Below are positions 1-10,588 of a DNA stretch of 30,101 nt, piece by piece (positions within the stretch are counted from its first letter, which is position 1; each line of letters starts with the position of its first letter). A model generated the notes under the pieces. That model searched no databases and was not told where the DNA came from. It saw only the letters and a program-made list of their open reading frames with translations. This DNA is from Allobaculum fili (GTDB lineage: Bacteria > Bacillota_I > Bacilli_A > Erysipelotrichales > Erysipelotrichaceae): assembly GCF_020969955.1 (NCBI RefSeq), contig NZ_JAHDSX010000031.1:1-30101 (forward strand), read 5' to 3'. Made by a program: the position numbers and the translations under genes.

Positions 1-224
1 TTAAATGGTTTGCGCGACTAATCGAGAACCATTACGAAGGGATCCTTTCACATACCATTTTTGGGATATCTTCAGGAAAGATTGAAGGCATGAATAACAA
101 GATCAAGACCGTAAGACGACAAGCTTATGGTTTCAAGGATGATGGGTATTTCTTTCTTAAGATCATCGATGCTTCAAGAAACCCATCAATCAGGAATCCC
201 AAATCCCACAAAATTTTTCATTGA
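1..224 (+). mobile_element. 3' end of an ISL3-family transposase gene. The window starts inside the gene, and the IS end is probably near position 248.
   Basis: Frame 3 (from nt 3) reads KWFARLIENHYEGILSHTIFGISSGKIEGMNNKIKTVRRQAYGFKDDGYFFLKIIDASRNPSIRNPKSHKIFH, with stop TGA at 222-224. The IEGxNNKIKxxxRxAYGF motif is the recalled C-terminal signature of ISL3 transposases. No search was run. Confidence 0.65.
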
Positions 225-251
225 ACCGAAATTTTAAAGTGTTTCCCCGCT

Positions 252-287
252 GGAAAAAGAAAGCCTGTCGCAGTTCAGGACAGGCTT
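252..287 (-). terminator. Rho-independent terminator downstream of rsmB
   Basis: A perfect 9-bp stem, aagcctgtc (261-269) pairing with gacaggctt (279-287), encloses a 9-nt loop. On the minus strand it is followed by a T-rich run (plus-strand gaaaaagaa, 252-260). It lies 15 nt after the rsmB stop. Confidence 0.7.
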
Positions 288-301
288 AATAGATTCGATT
301 T

Positions 302-1627
302 TCAGGCTCTGGCAATGGTCTCTTCTGCGGCTGCAGAGGTTTCTGTCTTTGGTTGCGGGCTTTCTGGACTGGCATTTTCCTCTGCTTTTCGGGAGGCGGC
401 CGGTTTTACTTTCTGAAGTTTTGCCAGGAAGAAGCCGCCGTGGCGGTCATCTGGCTCAATCGTTTTCTGATCGAGCAGGACAAACTCGTCGTGGGCACTC
501 AGAAAGGATTCAACCTGCTTTTCGTTTTCCTTCTTGTTGAGCGTACATGTGGAATAAATGAGAATGCCGCCGTTTTTAAGCTGTCGGGAGCCGCTTTCGA
601 GCAGTTCGTACTGCAAAGGCGGAAGGGCGTCAAGATCGTTCGAAGAGAGACGAAGCTTCATGTCCGGCTTGCGGCTGAGAACGCCAAGACCGCTGCAGGG
701 CACATCGCAAAGAACAATATCGTAAACGGGATCGTCTTCGAGCTTTGTACTGTCCGCCGCTCTGGCGCTCACGCTTTTTAAGGAGAGCCGTTTTGCATCC
801 TTTTCGATCAGTTTGGCACGATGTTCGTGCAGATCAATGGACGTAATCTCCGCCAGATCTTTAGCCATTTCGGCCATTGCCATGCTTTTGGTGCCCGGTG
901 CGGCGCAAAGATCGAGAATTTTCATCCCCGCTTTGGGATCGGCCCAGCGGGCGATTTCGCAGCTTCCGGGATCCTGAACGGAAATTTTTCCCTGCCGGTA
1001 AAGCGGATCGGTCGCAATCTGGCTGCCCGTATAGCGGTACAGTCCGTTTTCATACGGTTCCAGACGGCCGGTCGCTTCGGCCTGTTCGGGCGTGATCTTC
1101 ATCGGATTAAGACGAACGACAATCGGCAATGCAGCCAGCGAGGCCTGCGCAAAGCGGAAGGCGCTCTGCGCGCCGTACTGCGCAATCCACATCTGAATCA
1201 GCCAGGAAGGCAGCGATGTTTTCAGCGCCAGCATTTCCACCGGATTTTCCGGATATTCCATCGGTGTGGAAATGACCTTACGCAAAATCGCGTTCACGAG
1301 TCCGCGTTCTGCGGGCAGACGTCTGGCCGCAATTTTATTGGCTTCATTGACGACGGCGAAATCCGGAATTCGATCCAGAAAGAGAATCTGATACACAGAC
1401 ATGCTGAGCAAAATAGACGTCTTCGGTTTGACTTTCCCTTTGGCAAACCGTTTCCAGGCCGCCTGACAGAGGGCATAGTTCTGCAGGGTGCCGTAAAAAA
1501 TATTGGACGCCAGCGCCCGGTCCTTTTCGTCCACTTCCTGCAGATGTTCCTTTAAATAAAGATTAGAGTACGTCTCCTTGCGAATGACTTCGCATAAGGC
1601 GTTCCAGACCCATTCACGTACGTTCAT
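302..1627 (-). CDS. rsmB: 16S rRNA (cytosine967-C5)-methyltransferase RsmB/Sun
   Basis: 441-aa ORF with an N-terminal NusB-like region. It has the SAM-binding motif DLCAAPGTKS and the catalytic Cys motifs DVPCSGLGV and YSTCT. It sits immediately downstream of priA, as in other Firmicutes. The C-terminal tail is low-complexity. Confidence 0.85.
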   Translation of the reverse strand: MNVREWVWNALCEVIRKETYSNLYLKEHLQEVDEKDRALASNIFYGTLQNYALCQAAWKRFAKGKVKPKTSILLSMSVYQILFLDRIPDFAVVNEANKIAARRLPAERGLVNAILRKVISTPMEYPENPVEMLALKTSLPSWLIQMWIAQYGAQSAFRFAQASLAALPIVVRLNPMKITPEQAEATGRLEPYENGLYRYTGSQIATDPLYRQGKISVQDPGSCEIARWADPKAGMKILDLCAAPGTKSMAMAEMAKDLAEITSIDLHEHRAKLIEKDAKRLSLKSVSARAADSTKLEDDPVYDIVLCDVPCSGLGVLSRKPDMKLRLSSNDLDALPPLQYELLESGSRQLKNGGILIYSTCTLNKKENEKQVESFLSAHDEFVLLDQKTIEPDDRHGGFFLAKLQKVKPAASRKAEENASPESPQPKTETSAAAEETIARA

Positions 1628-1639
1628 AACATTTCCTTA

Positions 1640-3787
<2,148 letters not shown>

Positions 3788-3798
3788 TCCTGTTTTCT

Positions 3799-4668
3799 CT
3801 ATCTCTCGCTTTGCAGGGCAGCGAAGTATTTTCCAATATTGGCTTCCGGATCGTAAACGGGTTCAATGCTGCCGTTTTCGCTGGTCGCTACCACCGTCAG
3901 TCCAGGTCCATGGCCGGAAGTGAAGGAATCGGAATGGACAACGACGCCGATCGTTACCGCATTGTTTTTATAATGAGCGCCGTATGTGGAATCGTGATCG
4001 AGCACCGCAACAAAGTCGCCGAATTTCAGATCATTGATGCCAAACTTTTCGTTGGCTTCCTTATCCTGCGTCATGATGTCATAGTCACCGTTCATTAAAG
4101 ACGAAGACCCCAGACCGCTGCCCATCAGATAGGCTGGCAGTACGGCGGTTACCGGGAAGATCAGCTTGCCTTCTTCGTTTACGTGCAGATCCATTTCATC
4201 GAGAAGCATCGGGTCGATATTCATCCAGAACACATCCGGTGTTTCTTCGGCTTTCAGTCCCTGTCCATACGTACGGATTAAAAACTTTTCCGTTCCGTCC
4301 ATACGGCACAGATCATCGGCTGGAAACCATGCCATCGTATGTTCCACGCCGCCATGCGTTCCGGTGACGATGCCTTTGGAGCCTTTCGCCGGTCCGCTCA
4401 GGCAGAGGACTTCGTTGCCGATGCAGCTGAACGTTTCGACCGCCATATTTTTATTCGGATCGGGATTGGCCATCGACACGCCGGGTTCTACATGATCGCC
4501 GGCGATGTTCATGCAGGAATCGCCGATCGCATGGGAATACGTAATGCCGCCGGTTCCCAGCGTAATTCTTGCCCGTCCGTCAAAGCCTCCGCGATACGAC
4601 TTGATGGTCGGATGATCTACTTCCGCATTTACCGCCATGCAGACGAGCTGCTCACGATTCAATTTCAT
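3799..4668 (-). CDS. Conserved protein of unknown function, probably DUF4438 family
   Basis: Long ORF with protein-like composition. The start is moved to ATG 4668 (MKLNREQLV...) because AAAGGAGA lies 6-7 nt upstream. The track start at 4749 has no RBS. The family name comes from recall of DUF4438-like sequences (GGITYxxxxGD...DHVEPGV) and was not searched. The stop lies 11 nt before the priA start. Confidence 0.6.
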   Translation of the reverse strand: MKLNREQLVCMAVNAEVDHPTIKSYRGGFDGRARITLGTGGITYSHAIGDSCMNIAGDHVEPGVSMANPDPNKNMAVETFSCIGNEVLCLSGPAKGSKGIVTGTHGGVEHTMAWFPADDLCRMDGTEKFLIRTYGQGLKAEETPDVFWMNIDPMLLDEMDLHVNEEGKLIFPVTAVLPAYLMGSGLGSSSLMNGDYDIMTQDKEANEKFGINDLKFGDFVAVLDHDSTYGAHYKNNAVTIGVVVHSDSFTSGHGPGLTVVATSENGSIEPVYDPEANIGKYFAALQSER

Positions 4669-4860
4669 ACTCATTCTCCTTTTGGCTCTCGCCAGATCCA
4701 TCCGGCTTTGCGGATGTCCTTTTTCCTGTGTTCGATGCAGTCTATCCATTGTTTTATCTATTGCAGTGCTGTATCTATTGCCGTATACAACGGCTGCTTT
4801 CCATGAATTTCATTCGATCGTACGTATGCCGACGTATGTATGCCGATCCATTTATGGGAT

Positions 4861-5586
4861 TTACGCCTGATCCGGGTGCGCAAACGTCCACGCAAACGCG
4901 AAGACGGATGCAGCGCTTGCGGTATCGAGGGCGTTATGAAAATGCCGGCCGTATGGAATAAACAGATGATGCGAACTGGCTTTCAGAATTTCCGAAGACA
5001 GGCCGCGCATGGCCCCGCCAATCGCAAGCAGGCAGTTTTCCGGCAGGATCGTATCCGCCAGAGAGGAAGCCGAATCATCGCGCGCTGCGCAATAGATCGG
5101 ACGATCCGCCATTAAGGCGCACTCAATCAGCGTCGTGTCGTTTTCGATGGTCGCAATTTCGAGCCGTTCCCAGGCGCCCGCCGAAGAGCGCATCAGTGTG
5201 GAAAGCGCGCTTGACCAGTCGCGTTCGTGCAAAATCAGAAGCCGCGCACCCGCCGCATAGAGGGTACGGCATATGCTTCCCATGTTATACGGATCTTCGA
5301 CGCCGCTGATGTAGACGCAGAGCCCTTTTTCTAAATGTTCCGGCTTAAGAGCAGGCAGCGATCGTGTTTCACAAAACAGAATGACGCCGCCATTGCCGGA
5401 CGCTTTTGCGTTCATAGTTTCAGAATTCTGAAACTCGACGGGAATCCTTTTCTTTTTACATAAGGCAATTAAATAGGCGATGTCCCGGGAGCGTTTTTTC
5501 GGGTTGACCCAAAGCATTCTGGCGGTTCGTTTTTCTTCTTCCAGTACCGCTTTGACTGAAATGGTTCCATATACAAAGTTGTCCAT
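4861..5586 (-). CDS. TrmH/SpoU-family RNA 2'-O-ribose methyltransferase (RlmB-like)
   Basis: SpoU motifs GVEDPYNMGSICRTLYAAGA, LLAIGGAMRGLS and IPYGRHFHNALDTASAASV follow an N-terminal substrate-binding-like segment (VYGTISVKAVLEEE). The track start at 5622 is a TTG only 5 nt after a TATAAT, so ATG 5586 (MDNFVYGT) is preferred. Confidence 0.75.
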   Translation of the reverse strand: MDNFVYGTISVKAVLEEEKRTARMLWVNPKKRSRDIAYLIALCKKKRIPVEFQNSETMNAKASGNGGVILFCETRSLPALKPEHLEKGLCVYISGVEDPYNMGSICRTLYAAGARLLILHERDWSSALSTLMRSSAGAWERLEIATIENDTTLIECALMADRPIYCAARDDSASSLADTILPENCLLAIGGAMRGLSSEILKASSHHLFIPYGRHFHNALDTASAASVFAFAWTFAHPDQA

Positions 5587-5627
5587 AACGATATTGTGAG
5601 TCTGCGAGGATTCATTACGCAAGTGAT

Positions 5628-5633
5628 ATTATA
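5628..5633 (-). promoter_or_regulatory. Candidate -10 box (TATAAT) for the TrmH-family gene, in a very short divergent intergenic region
   Basis: The minus strand reads ctcTATAATatcacTTG. The same AT-rich core reads TATTAT on the plus strand, 20 nt upstream of the AI-2E transporter start. No clear -35 was found. Confidence 0.3.
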
Positions 5634-5652
5634 GAGTGCGAAAGAGGTGACC

Positions 5653-6894
5653 ATGAAACTCGATTTAAAAAACAAGATCACGCAGCGAATCTTTATTTAC
5701 AGCGTTTCGCTCATTATCGCCATTTTTGCGTATCTGCTTTTCACCCGGATTAACGATATTCTTCATTTCCTGTCGAGCATCGTCAGTCTGCTTGCCCCGT
5801 TTCTGATCGGCTTTGGCCTGGCCTTTATTCTGGAAGGACCGGTCCTCTGGTTTGAAAACCGGCTCTCCAATTTCATGAAACGTAAAAAAGCGCGTGCCCT
5901 TTCGGTCGTTCTTGTCGTTATTCTCTTTATTCTGTTTTTCGTCTTCGTGCTCTGGGTCATGATCCCTTCCCTCATTGACTCCATACAGATTTTCATACGA
6001 AATTTTTCGACGTATTCGCAGCAGTTTGAAAACACGCTCGAAACTTTTGCCGAAAAATACAGTCTCGACATTTCTTCGATTCTGAACTTTCTGAAAAACC
6101 TGGACATCAGCGCTACGCTGCGCACCGTTCTGTCTTCATCCATGACCAAGATGATGTCCTATTCCTACAACGTCATTCACTGGGCGGCCAATCTCGTAAT
6201 CGCGCTGGCTGCAGCGGTTTACATGATTCTCGACAAGAAGAATCTGCTGCTGACGTGCAGACTGCTCATCTATACGATTTTTGGCAAGCGTCAGGGAAAC
6301 TTCATCCACCTGTACTCCATGGACGCCAAAAACGTATTCCAGCAGTACATTGTCGGCAACCTTCTCGATTCTCTGATTGTCGGTCTCTGCGCCTGGTTTG
6401 GCTCTCTGGTACTCGGCCTTCCCTACGCCCCGATGATCGGCCTCATTATCGGCATTACCAATATTATTCCCGTCTTCGGTCCGTTCCTTGGCGCGATTCC
6501 GGTCATCCTGCTTCTGTTCATGATTCGACCGGGCTATGCCCTGATCTTCGCGATCTTTATTCTCGTTTTGCAGCAGGTCGACGGAAACGTCCTCAAGCCG
6601 GTTATTCTCGGCGACAAGCTGGGCATTTCCGGATTCTGGATTCTGTTTTCGGTATCGATCGGCGGCGCGCTGTTCGGTCCGATCGGCATGCTGCTGGGTG
6701 TTCCAATTTTCGCCCTCGTTTATGAAGCGTTTAATGACTTTGCGCTCTTCCGCTTAAGCGGCCATCATCTTCGCGTCCCCTCCTCTGCCGTCATTGTTGA
6801 AGAAGAAGATTTTCCTGCATCGGAAAGTCATTCCTCAAAAGGGAATGATGCACTTCGGCTCGACTCTGCAGCAGAGGATGACAAAATTCAGTAG
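5653..6894 (+). CDS. AI-2E family transporter (PerM/UPF0118-type membrane protein)
   Basis: Multi-TM ORF with the family-typical C-terminal core IIGITNIIPVFGPFLGAIPV...QQVDGNVLKPVILGDKLGISGFWILFS. AAAGAGG lies 5 nt upstream of ATG 5653. The track start at 5647 is a GTG inside the RBS. Confidence 0.8.
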   Translation: MKLDLKNKITQRIFIYSVSLIIAIFAYLLFTRINDILHFLSSIVSLLAPFLIGFGLAFILEGPVLWFENRLSNFMKRKKARALSVVLVVILFILFFVFVLWVMIPSLIDSIQIFIRNFSTYSQQFENTLETFAEKYSLDISSILNFLKNLDISATLRTVLSSSMTKMMSYSYNVIHWAANLVIALAAAVYMILDKKNLLLTCRLLIYTIFGKRQGNFIHLYSMDAKNVFQQYIVGNLLDSLIVGLCAWFGSLVLGLPYAPMIGLIIGITNIIPVFGPFLGAIPVILLLFMIRPGYALIFAIFILVLQQVDGNVLKPVILGDKLGISGFWILFSVSIGGALFGPIGMLLGVPIFALVYEAFNDFALFRLSGHHLRVPSSAVIVEEEDFPASESHSSKGNDALRLDSAAEDDKIQ

Positions 6895-7121
6895 TCTTTT
6901 CACCTGAATATTCAAAAGCCATGCCGGGCTTATTTTGTGCATGAATCGAAAGGATCAGACATCTTGTTTCTGCTTTCTCGTCCTGTTTCTTTCATGTTCC
7001 TGATTCGCCGCTTTTTCGGATCCAGAAAAGAAAGCGAAAACAGAATGTTCATTACGCGCATCCTGTATTTTTCGGGTTGCCCAAAAGAGAAGGCTTCCTC
7101 ACTTCGTGTTATAAACAAGGT

Positions 7122-8036
7122 ATGGAATTTTTTATTGATATTCTTACGGACGCCTGGAAAGACACCTGGCTGATGATTCCGATTTTGTACGTCGTCTATC
7201 TGTTTATCGATTCTCTCGATCGAAAAACCGATCAGTCCGACAGCTTTTTCTGGAAGCTTCAGAAATACGGACCGCTGTTTGGTGCCCTTTTAGGCCTGAT
7301 CCCGCAGTGCGGCTTTTCCATTCTGGCCGCCATGCTCTACGTATCCAATAACATAACGCTCGGCACAACGATTGCTGTTTTTCTGGCCACGAGCGATGAA
7401 GCGGTCCCGATTCTGATTTCTCAGCCGGACATGATTCCCTCTCTTGGCGTTCTGCTCGTTCTGAAGTTCATTGCAGCAGCCGTCATCGGTACGCTGATCG
7501 ATAAAGTACTGTACCGTCATCAGCACATCGTCCGCTTTGAAGATCTCGAAGAGGAAGAAGAAGTCGAAGAAACGGACGAGAAGGAAGCGGAAAATCTGGA
7601 AGAAGACAGCCAGAGCGCCTGTTCGTGCTGCTATACGCAATACCCTGTATGGCTTTCCGCCCTGCTTCGTACCATCAAGATTTATCTGTTCGTCTTCGTG
7701 GTGACTCTCGCCATGAACGCGATTACCGGATGGATCGGCGAAGATCAGCTAGCGGCCTTCCTGCAGACCCAGACATTATGGCAGCCGGCTGCTGCAGCCC
7801 TCTTTGGATTTATTCCAAACTGTGCCGCTACCGTTGTTCTCTGCTCGCTCTACAGCTCGCATGCCCTGACCTTTGGTTCTCTGTTTGCGGGTCTGATGAC
7901 CAATGCCGGCCTTGGACTTGTTGCGCTGTTCCAGTACTCTACGAATAAAAAAGCGATCTGGAAAACCGCGCTGCTGATGTACGTTCCCGCTGTACTGCTC
8001 GGCTATCTGCTTCAGCTTGTCCCCGCTCTGTTTTAG
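7122..8036 (+). CDS. ArsP_2-type putative 10-TM metal/metalloid transporter (putative manganese transporter family)
   Basis: MEFFIDILTDAWKDTWLMIPILYVVYLFID...FGALLGLIPQCGFSILAAMLY...TLGTTIAVFLATSDEAVPILISQP matches the recalled ArsP_2 (PF11449) signature. The protein has two 5-TM halves separated by an acidic, Cys-containing loop (EEEEEVEETDEKEAENLEEDSQSACSCCY). Confidence 0.7.
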   Translation: MEFFIDILTDAWKDTWLMIPILYVVYLFIDSLDRKTDQSDSFFWKLQKYGPLFGALLGLIPQCGFSILAAMLYVSNNITLGTTIAVFLATSDEAVPILISQPDMIPSLGVLLVLKFIAAAVIGTLIDKVLYRHQHIVRFEDLEEEEEVEETDEKEAENLEEDSQSACSCCYTQYPVWLSALLRTIKIYLFVFVVTLAMNAITGWIGEDQLAAFLQTQTLWQPAAAALFGFIPNCAATVVLCSLYSSHALTFGSLFAGLMTNAGLGLVALFQYSTNKKAIWKTALLMYVPAVLLGYLLQLVPALF

Positions 8037-8124
8037 TCTCTGCCAGAATTCCGATCGATCACCATCGGTTGAAAGACCTCGTCAGACGCTTTATAAAGCA
8101 CTCAGAAAATTTGTAAAAACACAA

Positions 8125-8184
8125 AAGTTCTCTCGAATATCCACATCCGGCCTGACCCGGGGCAGTCGAGAGAACTTTTTCTTT
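8125..8184 (+). terminator. Probable intrinsic terminator of the ArsP_2-type transporter gene
   Basis: A 12-bp perfect stem, aagttctctcga (8125-8136) pairing with tcgagagaactt (8166-8177), is followed by tttctttg. The loop is unusually long at 29 nt. Confidence 0.5.
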
Positions 8185-8208
8185 GCGCGGATTTTCAGAA
8201 TTTCGCCG

Positions 8209-8269
8209 CCCAAAACGCAAAAACGATTCCATTCCAGACATAAGTATCTGTTTCAGAATGGAATCGTTT
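8209..8269 (-). terminator. Intrinsic terminator of the CHAP hydrolase gene
   Basis: A 14-bp stem, aaacgattccattc (8221-8234) pairing with gaatggaatcgttt (8256-8269), is followed on the minus strand by tttttgcgtttt. Confidence 0.6.
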
Positions 8270-8308
8270 GATGGCAGGAGATTGCATCGTCAGCCAGAGC
8301 GGCTGTTT

Positions 8309-10378
8309 TTATTCATCGAGCGTGTGACGAAGATGATTCATTTTCACGCCCGCGTTGAAAATCTTATCTTCAACTTTGGACTGCGCAAGTTCGCTGAGCG
8401 ATTTTACGCGAATGCTCATCTTCTTCGCATTGGCATCCTTTTCATCTTTCGCAAAGTAGCCGACAAAATGGACACCTTCTTTAGGCACCGCATACGTTAC
8501 GTTTCCATAAAGCATGCGAATTTCCCGAGAGTTCAGCTTGATGGTGCGGTAGTCGCTGATCGCTTCGGCCCAGATTTCATTGGAGCGGCCATCCAGGTTT
8601 CCTTCCTGAATGAGCAGCGTGTCTGTGGCTTCATCGTAGTCGAGAACGATGCCGACGTGGTTATGCGCGGCGTCCGAAGAGAATACGGCGCCGGCTGCCG
8701 GTTTTTCGGAAAGTTCAAACTTATCACCGTGAGCGCTGAGCAGCTGCTTTACACATTCATAGCCGTTTCCGGAAAAGCGCGGCGAGAAGCCGTACAGTTC
8801 ATAGAAACGTCCCCACGCAAACCAGGTGCACTGGCCCCAGAGGGTCGGGCTGTTGTAAGGCGATACCGATTTTCTCCAGGCTGCTCCGTTGGAATAATCC
8901 GGAAGCAGATTGTATTCGCCAAGGCGAAGGGTTTTCAGCCGTTTATTCTGACCGTGGGAAATCTGTCGGACATGAATCGATGTCGTCATCGCGTGCTGGC
9001 CGCCCGGGTTTGCTCCCGGATTGCTCAGAACCGGCGAGGCCGGACCGACAACGGTATCGGTTTCGGTCATGGAACCAATCGAGTCCGACGGCTTATTTGC
9101 GGATCCGTCTGGACGCTCGGGCATATTCGGAATGGGATCGTCCGGCTTTTCCCCGGAGGGGTCATTCGTGCCGGGATCCTTGGAGTCTGGAGGGGTCGGC
9201 ATGGTCGGATCCTTGGAAGAGGCGGATGAATCTGACGAGTCCGAAGAATCGGACGAATCAGAGGAATCCGACGAGTCCGAAGAATCGGACGAATCAGAGG
9301 AATCCGAAGATTCATCGGAAGAGGAATCCTCATCGGAAGAATCCGATTTGGAATCTTCATCCCAGGAAGATGCGGAAGAACTGTTCTTATCGTCATCTTT
9401 GGATTCGTCTTTATCGGATTCGTCCGGATCGGAATCGTCTTTCGAATTATCCGATGACGTTTTATCCGAAGAGTTCGTATCGTTTTTCCCGCCGGTCACT
9501 TCGTGCATGGGCAGTGAAGACACTTTGCTCGTTTCATCCTTTTCCTCTCTGAACTCTTTGAGGGACTGGGACAGTTCCGAGAACGTGCGCGGTTTCGTTT
9601 TGTTTTCTTCTTCTTTTAACCAGGAAGTCAGAGAAGGCTTCTGGTCAGCTGGATCGGAAGGCGAATTTGCATTCATCGAATTTTCTTTCGATTTTGTTCT
9701 GGCAGTCGCTGCTTCTTCTTTATGATCGGAAGAAGCGTTCATCGAATGTTCCGTTTTCGAAGCCGACGCATCCGACTTTTCGGATGTCGACTGTTCTTTT
9801 TTTGAAGCGGTTTCGTTTCTGGAAGACGTCGAATCGGCCGAATCCGCTTTTTTTACGGTTTCGCTGCTGTCCATATTCTGAACATCCGATGCGTTTGCGT
9901 CTTTCTGACTTTCCGCTTTGGATGGTGTGCTTTCTTTCGATGCGACCGAAGACGCACAGGCCTTCGAGGATGTTTCTTCAGCCGGCGCCGGTTCAGGCGT
10001 GGCTGCCGGTTCGACATACGTCTGGGCAGCGGTCGGCTCTTCCTGTGTAGAAACTTCGAGAACAGGAAAATCCGGATTGCTCTGGCGGATGAGGGCAATC
10101 GAATTGAGGATCTGTTCTTTATCTTCATCACTGAGCGAGTTGAATTCACTCTGAATGCCGTTTAGATAATCATTGGCAATCCGTGCAGCATCTGCACCGG
10201 ATAATTCCTGCAGACGAGAACGGCTCAGATTCTCGAGGCCCTGAACGGATGCCTTAAGCTCGGCGGCAGTTGGCTGTGCAATCGAGGCATGTACGAGAAG
10301 AGAGCGTCCGGGTACGGCGGCAGAAACCATGGCGGCGGACAGAAATACGGTTGCGGCTTTGACAAGGTTCTTTTTCAA
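8309..10378 (-). CDS. Secreted CHAP-domain peptidoglycan hydrolase with a long acidic Ser/Asp/Glu/Lys-rich disordered region
   Basis: The C-terminal CHAP signature is WGQCTWFAWGRFYELYG...HNHVGIVLDYD...LIQEGN (Cys/His pair). The signal peptide is KKNLVKAATVFLSAAMVSAAVPG...ASIA. TTG start at 10378 is preferred because GGGGAAAGGAAA lies 6 nt upstream. The track ATG at 10420 has no RBS. The central ~350 aa is low complexity, including an (SDS)n run. Confidence 0.8.
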   Translation of the reverse strand: MKKNLVKAATVFLSAAMVSAAVPGRSLLVHASIAQPTAAELKASVQGLENLSRSRLQELSGADAARIANDYLNGIQSEFNSLSDEDKEQILNSIALIRQSNPDFPVLEVSTQEEPTAAQTYVEPAATPEPAPAEETSSKACASSVASKESTPSKAESQKDANASDVQNMDSSETVKKADSADSTSSRNETASKKEQSTSEKSDASASKTEHSMNASSDHKEEAATARTKSKENSMNANSPSDPADQKPSLTSWLKEEENKTKPRTFSELSQSLKEFREEKDETSKVSSLPMHEVTGGKNDTNSSDKTSSDNSKDDSDPDESDKDESKDDDKNSSSASSWDEDSKSDSSDEDSSSDESSDSSDSSDSSDSSDSSDSSDSSDSSDSSASSKDPTMPTPPDSKDPGTNDPSGEKPDDPIPNMPERPDGSANKPSDSIGSMTETDTVVGPASPVLSNPGANPGGQHAMTTSIHVRQISHGQNKRLKTLRLGEYNLLPDYSNGAAWRKSVSPYNSPTLWGQCTWFAWGRFYELYGFSPRFSGNGYECVKQLLSAHGDKFELSEKPAAGAVFSSDAAHNHVGIVLDYDEATDTLLIQEGNLDGRSNEIWAEAISDYRTIKLNSREIRMLYGNVTYAVPKEGVHFVGYFAKDEKDANAKKMSIRVKSLSELAQSKVEDKIFNAGVKMNHLRHTLDE
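9234..9305. repeat. Perfect 36-bp tandem duplication inside the CHAP gene, encoding part of the SDS repeat tract
   Basis: The unit gacgagtccgaagaatcggacgaatcagaggaatcc occurs at 9234-9269 and again at 9270-9305 with no mismatch. Confidence 0.9.
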
Positions 10379-10588
10379 TTCAATTTCCTTTCCCCGTGTA
10401 AACGTATGCGCTTCCTTCAAAATGGAAATTCTTCCTGAACGGAAACGCTTTCGTTAAAACAACTTAGAAAATTATACCATCGGCATAGGGTCGGGGCAAT
10501 GCGTCAGGCGACATTGTATTTTTCAAATGAAATCGTTAATAAATATTTTTAATTCTATTGTAAACTTTCTGCCGCTCCGGAATTTGTA

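Noticed and set aside
821-1555. 244-aa plus-strand ORF
   Set aside because: It is antisense to rsmB, with Arg/Gly/Phe-rich nonsense composition.
6895-7121. Possible metal riboswitch (for example yybP-ykoY) or leader upstream of the ArsP_2-type transporter
   Set aside because: No conserved riboswitch core sequences were recognised by eye. I saw only a weak terminator-like hairpin after the AI-2E gene (about 6916-6940) and spurious short ORFs.
8183-9229. 348-aa plus-strand ORF, with overlapping 190-234 aa ORFs across 8980-9725
   Set aside because: They are antisense or out of frame relative to the CHAP hydrolase gene. The repetitive Ser/Asp codons keep several frames open. No independent coding signals were seen.
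9200-9430. Repeat-rich DNA that could be mistaken for a CRISPR-like or satellite array
   Set aside because: The repeats are in-frame codon repeats (SDS/SDE) inside a long ORF with no spacer structure. This is coding low-complexity sequence.
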